From the NCBI GenBank assembly GCA_036172245.1, contig JAYWIR010000005.1, positions 3,534,001-3,598,000 of the forward strand: a stretch of 64,000 bases of DNA, written 5' to 3'. Source of the DNA: Raillietiella orientalis (Eukaryota). Positions 1-9,700 of this stretch are shown piece by piece (within the stretch, counting starts at the first letter, position 1; the number at the start of each line of letters is the position of its first letter). The notes beneath the pieces were generated by a model, which saw nothing but the letters and a program-made list of their open reading frames with translations, made no database searches and had not been told where the DNA came from. The position numbers were made by a program, and so were the translations under genes.

Positions 1-747
1 TCCATCAAAGGGACTCGAGGATTCCCCTTGCCTCAAAGGGCGATGAGCAGGAGGTCCTTGATCCTCTTTTTTATTTCTCTGGGGACGGGGCAAACAAAAA
101 GTAGGGGGCGAAGGATGAGAGCCGCAAAAGCGTTCCATACTGCGGCCCGTTCCGGCAAGCGGAACTTCCCGTACAGGAAAAAGCGGATCGCCAAATCCAC
201 TTTTTGGAGACGGCCTAACCATGCTTCTGAAGAGGATAAGTCCCCCAGCGAAACGCCAAGGTACTTCAGATGCGTGCTCGTTGGGATCCCCAGGCGAATC
301 CAGTCTGGCCGTCCCACTCACGTCGCTCCAACTGCCGCCATCGACGATTTTGCCCTGTTGACCCGTAGCCCTGTCCCACGGCTTAGCAGGTCGAAGAAAT
401 ATTCGACTGCTGTTGCCGGGGCGAACATTGGCAGCAGTAGCAGGAGATCGTCGGCATATGCGGACACGGCAGGCGTGCCATGGCACGAGCTTGGCAAGGC
501 AGCCAAAGTCATCCTGTATGCTCTAAGCAACAACTCGAAATAGGTGCTAAAGTGCAGGGGACTGATGCTATCGCCCTGCCGAATCCCGCGGGGCACCGGC
601 ACGCCGTACACGTTCTGCGCTCTGAAAGAGATGTTTGTTAACGCGGCTCGCCAGCAGGAGAGCAGGTACGCCGTTAATGTAAGAGTGAAGCCCATGTAAT
701 GCAGAAGCTCTAGGAGGAGCTCCTGGTCCACACAGTTGAACGCCTTG
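1..747 (-). mobile_element. Non-LTR retrotransposon RT fragment (family N), host of element A1
   Basis: Minus-strand KAFNCVDQELLLELL...GIRQGDSISP...YADDLLL...KYLGV with a stop at ~318; it ends at the A1 5' junction. Confidence 0.9.
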
Positions 748-760
748 TGCGCTCCAGGGT

Positions 761-769
761 GGACGTGTT
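761..769 (+). promoter_or_regulatory. Conserved 5' GGACGTG(T/C)T motif, putative internal promoter element (representative copy)
   Basis: Lies within ~15 nt of all ten intact 5' ends (families A, B, D, F, G, H). Confidence 0.6.
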
Positions 770-843
770 TTCTCGGTGCTCCTCGTGCCAGGAAGTCTCC
801 CCCAGTGCAGGCGTCGTGTGGTTCGGTGGTCGATCAGGCAGCG

Positions 844-2520
844 ATGCCTGACACGACCACCAGGGATGGCCAGGGGGCAGCGGCAACGCCGCCCCCAGAG
901 GCGATGGAGAGCCAGGGGGCCACGGCAACGTCGCCCCTAGAGGCGATGGAGGTGGGGACATCCGTCCCCACAGAATCGGTCAGCGCTGCAGCGCAAACGT
1001 GGAGCGCCCTTGTGTCGGCGCCATCGCCTGCAGCCGCGGCGGAATTGTCGGCCTATGTAGAGGAGGGGTACAACCCCTCATTGTTCTACAAGGTAGGCAA
1101 TTTATATTCTTTAGAGAGCGCGCGCGCCTTATCGAAGGGCATGCGCGCTCTCGATGTGAAAGAGGAGGAGCTCAGCGCTATGACCATCCGCAGCGGGGGT
1201 CAGAACGTTGAGGTCATCCGCAAACATGCAGAGCTAGCCCAACGACTGCTTAAAACCCCCGTTGTGATGGGGACGCGCAGGCTCCTCCCCACTACGGCGG
1301 ACCGCAGCATGGTGGTCCACCTGTTAGGCGTCACCGCGCGAATGCGCAAAGAACAGGTTCGCGCCGCTTTGGAACAGTTCGGAACGGTCCACGCGCAGTG
1401 GACGAAAGTAAGTCCTTTCGAGGACTACACATGACTGCAACACGGCCTCACTGCTGCGCGCTTGACCGTTCGGGAAGGCTGCACTCTTCCCCACAAACAG
1501 GTGGTCGAAGACGAAACCGTCGTCCTCTGGTATGTGGGGAAGCCGAAATACTGCGGCTTCTGCAATACGTCGGGCCACCTCAAAAAGAGGTGTCCCAACG
1601 TGCAGTGTCAAGTATGCGGCACAATGGGTCACACCAGGGAGGTGTGCCCAAAAGCAGCAGTGCGGGTGGTTTCCAAGAGAAACCTTAAAAAACGCGCCCG
1701 GCTTTTGCAGAAGAGGCTGGCGGCGAAAGCTGCCGCGAAGGCTGTGCAACCCGCGAACAAGACCCAGGCCGCAACCGAGACCCCGGCGACCAACGCCGAA
1801 AAAGTTGAGGGAGCCGGCCAGGAGACTGGGTGCCAAGTGGCAACGGCCAAAAAATCAAAGAAGGAGAGGAGGATGGAAAAGAAAATCGCCTACCAACAGA
1901 AGAAGAAAGAGCAGGGTAGCGCGATAATTAAAGAGTGCAGCGTCGTTGTCGAACGCGTTCTCGATGTTGCCGAACGCTGCCGGAAAGAACTCGCCGCTAC
2001 CGACGACCTCCCCTCTGTTGACACAGTCAACAGCGAAGGGAGCGAGCCGGCGGCAACGACCGTCATCGAGACCACCATCGATGACGTAGCCTTCGCGCGA
2101 GCCGCGGAGGAGCTGGCAGCCTCGTTGCAGCCAGAACCATTCAAGGCTGGCAGGAAGGCCGTAAGGCGTCCGGACTCCCCTCAGGAGTTCCCCACTTCCG
2201 ACCCCGAGGTGGAGGCCGGAAGCGCAGCCTCCGTTTCCACGGCACCGCGCAAGAAGTTTGGACGTAAGTACACAAAGCCAAGGAAGCTCGTCTCCCCCGT
2301 CGAAGGGGAAGAGATGGCTTCCGCAAGCGAGGGTGCCATGAGCGTGGGAAACTCTCGGGATCCGTCGCCCGAGAGACTCCCACGCGCGAACACGAAGGGG
2401 ATGGAGGGGGTGGAGGCCGAACAGGTGCCTCTGGTGCCTAAGAAGGCCGAAACTCCCATGGATATCCCGCCCGCCTCGCAAGAAGAGGGCTCCCCCACAC
2501 CTCAATCTTCCCAGCAGTAA
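844..2520 (+). pseudogene. A1 ORF1, gag-like nucleic-acid-binding protein with two CCHC knuckles; one in-frame stop at 1432-1434
   Basis: CGFCNTSGHLKKRC and CQVCGTMGHTREVC; ORFs 736..1434 and 1462..2520 are in the same frame. Confidence 0.9.
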
Positions 2521-3963
2521 TGCCGGGAATCTCCTCCCGCCGTCGTCTGCGCATCGCCGTTTGGAACGTGAACGGCATGACAGACGCCGGCAGGAGACGA
2601 GACATGGCCGCCCTTCTCGAGTCCTACGACCTTGCGCTGCTGCAGGAGATCCACGTGATCTCTGCAGAACACGCGCAAGAGATCGAACGGATCTCCGGAG
2701 GGCGGCTATGGTACAGGTGTGGGAGAGCGAAAAGTTGCGGTGTCGCCTACCTGCTTCGTCCAGCCGCCGAGGCCGAGGCTCGGGGCGTGCGGTTGTACGA
2801 TCACGGTCGTGTCGGCCAGCTGACTCAGGTGGTCCGACTCGATCGATCTGATCGTCACGAACGTGTACGCACCGAGCGGCAAGTACCTGATGAACAGGAG
2901 GGCGAGGAAAGCGTTTTTCCTTGCACTGCGGCAAAACTGGCTGACCAAAGCAGGCGTGCGGAATGCCCATCTGGTTGCAGGCGATTTCAACGTTCGCCTG
3001 AAACCAGATGGGCAGAATCCCGAGCGTGACCTGGTCAACGAGGTGTGCATGGCGGTGCACACCTGTAATTTGTTGGCCAGTGCACCGGGGATGGAAGACA
3101 GCATTGACCACGTGTTTCTTGACGAGCACCTGTGCCCTCGCTTGGGCAGGCGCGGCAAGTTACCGTGAGAGCTGTCCGACCATCGCCCGCTAGTCCTCGA
3201 GATCCATCCGCGCGACAGGGGCCCTCTCTCGTCAGCGTGGCGTCTCCCAGGGGACTGGCTGAAGCTCCCGGACGCGGCGGAACATCTTCGCACGTTCATA
3301 CGGAGCTTCAGGCTGCGGACACTCCAGGATTGGGACCGCTTCAAGCGGTCGGTCCAGTAGTTCTGCGTCCAGTTCCCTCTGCACCGCCTACCTACGGATT
3401 TTGGAACGCGGTCCGTAACGAACGAGCCTACCTGCAGGCCCGTCGGTACGCCAGGACCCCCGACATCCACAGACTGGCGGAATACAAAGCGGGAGCCGAG
3501 AGGCAAGCTTGGCAGTCCGGATCGGCCAGCTTTCTGGACGATCAGGGAAAGGAGCACTTGGCACCTGCCCAAATCCGCGGCCTGCTGCGGAGTTACTACT
3601 CCTCCCTGTATGGCAGGGCTCCTCCGGAGAGGAACGTCTCATGACTCCTGCTTCCGGAAGGCGCTCCAGCGATCGGGGAGGAGCAAAGAAAGACCCTCGA
3701 GGAGCCTTTCACGATGGACGAGATTTTCTCGGCCATCGGATAGCTCAATGGGCGAAAGGCTCCAGGGGAGGACGGCCTGCCCGCGGAGTTTTATCAAACT
3801 TTCGCGGCTCAGCTTACCTCCCTGGTACAGCAACTCACCTTGCTGATACGCGAAACAGGTGTCGTTCCCGCCTCGTTCTGTTCGGCAAGGGAGCGGCTCC
3901 TCCCTAAGGGAGGAGATCTGAGGAGCATGAACAACTGGCATTTCATCACAATAGTGAATGCGG

Positions 3964-3978
3964 ACGCCAAGTTGATAG
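3964..3978. repeat. 15-bp target-site duplication of B1 (ACGCCAAGTTGATAG; partner 11810-11824)
   Basis: Perfect direct repeat flanking B1. Confidence 0.95.
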
Positions 3979-4184
3979 TTGCCACCCGGACACGCCGGGG
4001 CGTTTATTTCAAATTCTCTTTGGTTCGTGGTACGAGGCCCTACTACGGCCAACTCAACTGGACCTGCCGGGTCGCCGGTACGCAGACCGGCGCGACTCTC
4101 CTCGGCAGCGGAAGGGGGTGGGGGAAAAAACAAAAAGAAAAATAAAACATAAAAACAAAAAGATTTGGGAGGGTTGGGGAGGGA

Positions 4185-7100
4185 TCACTGACCACTGGGA
4201 GGAGGGTCCATCCTTCGCAGGATGCCCTCGAGGTCCGTCCGTATAATCCCCAGGTGGGGCCATCTGGTCACAATCCGCAGGTAGCGGACTGCAAGTACGA
4301 CGGCATCCCTGTCGTGATTCAGTCTTCCGACGTTGCCTCAGCACGTCACAATCCCGCGTACGCACCGAAGTGGGCCAGGGCAGCGGCTGGACGCAGGGCA
4401 GCATGCACGAACAGAAGCCGAAAAACGTCTCTGGGCTGGCTGCCCTCCTGGATCCGTAGGGAAGCACGAAGACGTTCCCACAGGGGTCGGAGGGCAGCAC
4501 AATCAACAAGGAGATGGAGGAGAGTTTGCCGTTCCCCACACCTGATGCAAGTAGGATCTACTCGACCCCTGGTCCAGTGGTGGCGGCGTGCGTTGCAGGG
4601 TAGACCCCAATGCAACAACAGAAGCGCCGACTCCTGCCACTTCAGGGGGAGGATCCTAGTTTCAATTAATACCGGGGGCCACTTCAGGTCATCCGGCTGG
4701 ATGCCGAGTAGCTCGCTCCATCTCTGCAATCCTCTCGGCTGGACACTAGGGGTACTGGCGTCCGCCAGTTTACCCGTGGACCAGCCGCTGATCAACTTCT
4801 CCTTGCCTGCGATGCGGCAGGAGACTTGCCACCTAGGCTTGCGGCTGCTAAAGAGCGCCCTTCTCAACAAGGGCATCGCCGTAGCTAGGGGGGTTGTCTC
4901 TGCCCACGTGCTTCTCGCGGGACACTGGAGTATCTTCCGCAGAGTGCAGCGGGAATAGGCGCCGCGTCGCAGGCAGTTCCACATCTCTTCATTCTTCTCA
5001 TTGATCTTCGCCCACGTGCCAGCTGTCTCCTCCAGCCATGCGGAGGAGTTGGCGGGGCTGCATACCATCCAGCCGTTTTCCTTCGCCAGAGTTGCCATGC
5101 ATCCCAGGAGAAGTCCGCATCTCTTGATCTTCTTGCCACGGCAGAGAAGATAGGACGCGAGACCCTCCGTCCCGGATACACGGCTGGCAAGGAGTCGGGC
5201 CGGAACGCACGAAGAAGTGCTCCATAACTTCGCTGCGATGGCGAGGGTTCGCCATCGCAGCTGAATCTCTACTCACTCCATCGTCAAGAGGCCGAGACCG
5301 CCATCCCGACGTGGAGCACACAAGTCCTTCAACGGGACTCGGGCCTCCTTCTTCCCCAAAGGGCAATTCTCAGGCGGTCCTTTGTCCGTTTTTTCAACTC
5401 TCTGGGGACGGGGCAAACAAAAAGCAGGGGGCGGAGGATGGGAGCCGCGAACGCGTTTCATACCGCGGCCCGTTCCGGAAGGAGAAACTTGTCTTCCAGG
5501 AACGGGCCGATCGCCGTTTCCACTTTTTGGAGGCAGCCGGACCACGCTTCCGCAGGGGAGTAGTCCCCCAACGGCACACCAAGGTACTTTAAGCACCTCG
5601 CCGTGGGGATCCCCAAGCTGACCCAGTCCTGCTGCCCAGCCCACGCCGCACCGACTGGAACCACCGTCGACTTCGCCCTGTTCACCGTAAGTCCGGTCCC
5701 GCGGCTAAGCAGATCGAAGAAATCCCCGACCGCCTTCGCCGGGGTGGACATCGGCAACAGGAGCAGAAGATCGTCGGTATACGCTGCTACGGCGGGCGTG
5801 CGATGGCACGAGCTCGGCAAGGGGCCAAAGTCACCCTGTACGCTCTCAGCACCAACTCAAAGTAGGTGCTAAAGAGCAGAGGACTGAGGCTGTCGCCCTG
5901 CCGTATGCCCCGCCGTACTGGCACACCGTACGCCATTTGACCTCTGAAAGAGATATTGATCAGCGCGCTGCGCCAGCAAGAGCGCAGGTAGGTCAGTAGG
6001 GAGGGAGGGAAGCCCATGCGTCCCAGGAGCTCCAGCAGGAGATCCTGGTCCACGCAGTCAAACGCTTTATGCAGATCGACTGCGATCGCTAGGGCTCCCT
6101 TCCCCACCTGGGAGTCCTGTCCCTGCCCGGCTGACGCCCCCAAAGCGGGGCTCCCAATCCTTCTCTCTTCCTTTTCTTTCCTACTCTGCACATGAAACCA
6201 TGTGCTCGCGAAGAAGAGGTTGGCCTCCATACTTCGCCCGGGAACAGCGTAAGTCTGCTCCGGGCTAATTATGGAATTGGCCACCTGCCCCAGACGCGAA
6301 GCCCACAGTCCGGCGATCAGCTTGGCGTCCGTGTTCACAATTGTGATCGGACGCCAGTTGCTGAGTTTCCTGAGGTCTCCTCCTTTCGGAAGGAGCCTCA
6401 CTCTGGCTGACCGAAAGGAGGCGGTTACATCGCCTTCATCTCGGATCAGCCTTGTCAACTCAAGCACCAGGGGTGCCAGCTGTGCCGCGAAGCATTGAAA
6501 AAACTCCGCAGGCAGGCCGTCCTCCCCTGGTGCTTTCCGCCTCTTGAGCCTTTTGATACTGGCGAGAATTTCGCCGGTGGTGAAAGGCTCGTCGAGGTTT
6601 TCCTTCTCCTCCTCCCCTATTGCCGGGGCACCGTTCGGAAGCAAGAGCCGAGAGGCATCTTGGTCCGGGGGCGCCCTGGCGTAAAGGGAGGAATAAAAAC
6701 GCCGCACGAGGTGCCGTATTCTAGCCGGAGCCTAGTGCTTCCGGCCCTGGTCGTCCAGCAAGCTGGCCGATCCGGATTGCCAGGCTTGACGTTCGGCCCC
6801 GGCTCGGTACTCTGCCAGGCGACGGACATTGGGGGTCCTCGCGTAACCACGGGCATACAAGTACGCTCGTTCGTTACGGATGCCCTCCTCAAATCCCCGG
6901 GGCAGGAGGTGCAAGGGGAACTCCTCGCAAAACTCGCGGACCGAGGCCTTAAAAAGGTCCCAATCATTGAGATTGCGGAGGGTGACGCCTCTCAGGAATT
7001 CGCGAAGGTGTTCTTTCGCACCTGAGAGTCGCGTCCAGTCCCCAGGCAGACGCCACGCCCTGGATGGGGGGCCCTTGTCGCGCGGGCACACCTCGAATAT

Positions 7101-9700
7101 CAACCGGAAATGGTCAGACAGCTCCGACGCAACTTTCCCCCGTTTGCCGACCCGTGAATACAGATCGACATCCAGAAAGACGTGGTCGATGCTGCTGACC
7201 ATTTCCGAAAGATCCCCTAACAAGTTGCGCGTGCGCATGGCGGCGCACAACTCGTTAGCCGTCCGTTCCTGTGCGTGTGGCTCAGCTGACAGTAGGCGGA
7301 GATTAAAGTCTCCCGCTATCAGGTGAGCCACGCGCACGTTCGCTTCCGCCAGCCAGTCGCGCTTCAGGGTTTCCAGGAACGCCTTACGTTCCTGGTACCT
7401 GGTAGGACCGCTCGGAGCGTACACATTTGTTACGACGAGGTCGATCGTGTCGGACCACCTGAGAATCAGCTGGCCGACACGACCGGCTTCGTCAAAGCGC
7501 ACGCCCTTCACGGCTGCGTCGACTGCCGGCGTCATAAAAAACGCGACGCCGCAGGTGTATCGGGTGCCGCATTGCCACATCAGGCATCAGGCAGGGCGAC
7601 AGCTTAAGCCCCTTGCTCTTCAGCATCTTCTTTGAGTTGGTGCTGAGGGCAAACAGGCTGACGCTGGCCAACCTGCCGAGCTCTTGTCCAGGAACGCCGT
7701 CCGTGGCGGCCTATGCTGACGACCTGCTTCTCCTCTTACCCATGACCACCCCGGCATCCAGTCTCGAGGATTTCTTCGAGCTGATTCGCCGGGGAGCGGG
7801 CATGAGCGTAAACCGGAGCAAGAGCGTGGTCGTACCTATTGGTGCGGCGTGGGAGGGGCAGTCCGACTGGATCCGCCTGGGGATCCCGACCGCTTCCTCC
7901 GTGCAATATCTGGGCGTTCCGCTGGGGAACATCAGCCCAATGGAAGTGTGGTCGGACTGCCTTCGGAAGGCTTCGAATGCCCTGAGCCCGTTCCACCATG
8001 GCAGGTTCGTCCTGCCGGAGCGCGCCACGATATGGAAAACCTTCGTTGCCCCTCTCTTGCGCCCCCTGCTTTTTGTTTGCCCTCCCCCCTACTCGGCCAA
8101 GCTCCAGGCGCACAGCCTGTTGAGGAACGCTCTGTGGGGACCTGCGAGGTCCAGGATCCGCCTCAAAGACTTGGCGGCTCCGCGTCGGGATGCTGGCTTA
8201 GGCATCCTGACGCTGGAGAGAATCGAGCTGCAGGTGCAGCTTCGGATGTTGGCCCTGTGCGCCAACCTTTGGTCCACTCCGTGGTGCGCTCCCGCGCGCC
8301 TGCTTCTGCAGCGCTGCACAGGCAGCGATGGACTTCTGTCGCTGCGGCCGCACACGGAGCGCGCCACGAGAAGCTTCGGTTTCCCCTTGAAACCGCTGTA
8401 TCGGCTCCTGGAAGCCCAGGGATGGATCTCCTGCCGCCCAACGAACTTTAAAGCCTGGCGGCAGGAACCGTTGCATGGCTGGGCAAAGCACCAGGATGTT
8501 TCCCTCCTGGAACTCCGTTGCGCTCACCTCTCCCCGTACTGCACGGTGGATGAGGTGTGCAACAGCCAGGAGAAGTGGACCCGCCTGGCCGTCACCCCCC
8601 TCGAAGACGCACTGTCAGCCCTCAGGGCAAGAGATGACAGTTGCGAACCGGCGAGATGGGAGGTCGCCTGCACCATCGCAGGAACAACGCGACCTATTGG
8701 CGGCTGGAAGACTTGCGAGCTGGCGGACGCCGCCACGCCTCGCCACGTTCCGAAGGGACTCCTTCGGTGGAGCGAACACTTGAGTGTGCCCCTTGAAGAA
8801 CTTGTGGTTCCTCCCTCGTGTCTGAACACTTCTGTGTTCCCCCTTTCGTGGAAGCAGGACGTGATTATGCTGGTGCATTGGGGTTTTCACTCCAACCAGC
8901 GCACGGACCTTGTTTCCGGGGGAGTCGTCTCCCCAAACTGTAAGCGGTGCGGGGAAGTGGAAACGCTCCCGCACCTGCTCCTGGACTGCGGTGCCCTTCT
9001 AGGACTCTGGCGGAGGCTGGCCTCAGCTCTCCTGCACCAGGGGGACACCGCGAGGGATTTGATGCTCCGCTTCTTCACGCCAGGCGGCCTGTCATTGGGT
9101 GCTGTTGTTGCAACCGTGTGTTGCACCCGCGCCATCGACAAGGCCCACCGAGAGTTGGAGAAGCTGGCCATCCTTCGTCAGCCCACCGGATTAGCCAGCG
9201 CAAACATGTCGTCGGCTGCCCAGTGGGCCCATCTGCCACAGGGCGTGAGGAGAGAGATCGCCGGCATCCATCGCCGGTTCTGAAAGGAAGGAACGGCTGA
9301 ACCAAAGACCCCTGTCCCCTGCCCTCCATATCTTTATTTTTATTTTTTCTATACGGTGTATTTGTGGTCCCCTCCCTCCCGTTCCGGACTTTCGGCATAC
9401 CGACCTGCGTGTCGGGGATCCCACCCCCTTCGTCTCTTGTTTTCCCCTTTGTCCGGGAACCCTGTTCCCGGATAGTTTATAATAAACGCCCCGGCGCACC
9501 CGGGTGACAATCAACCGTCCCCCTGCGATCCTTTCGATCTCCTGGGCGTTCTCCGCGGTGATCACGTGGATCTCCTGCAGGAGTGCCAGGTCGGAGTCAC
9601 GCAGGGTGGCGGCCGTGTCCCGTCTGTTGCCGTCGTCGCGCAGCCCGTTCACGTTCCAACAGGCCACGCGTAATCGACGGCGACAGGCGAGCCCAGGTGT
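4185..9700 (-). pseudogene. B1 ORF2 (APE + RT + Cys/His finger), interrupted by C1 and frameshifted
   Basis: CWNVNG...LQEIH...GGRL|MWQCG...GDFN...SDH; KAPGEDG, WRPITIVNTDAK, DLHKAFD, QGDSLSP, YTDD; CIRCGE. Confidence 0.9.
7583..9510 (+). mobile_element. 5'-truncated element C1 (RT 3' half, open to 9283), antisense inside the B1 endonuclease
   Basis: Starts at GIRQGDSL; YADD; CKRCGEVETLPH; terminus AATAAACGCCCCGGCGCACCCGGGTGACAA; B1 sequence joins across it with only 3-4 bp duplicated. Confidence 0.92.

Noticed and set aside
1855..3129. Long antisense or alternate-frame ORFs (also 9583..10509, 21417..22394, 26744..27901, 46016..47182)
   Set aside because: Shadows of GC-rich coding sequence, with no recognisable motifs
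5787..6707. Prokaryotic RT system (retron, group II intron, DGR) or CRISPR array
   Set aside because: The RT is fused to an APE domain downstream of a CCHC ORF1, with TSDs and 5' truncations, so it is non-LTR. No repeat-spacer array is present
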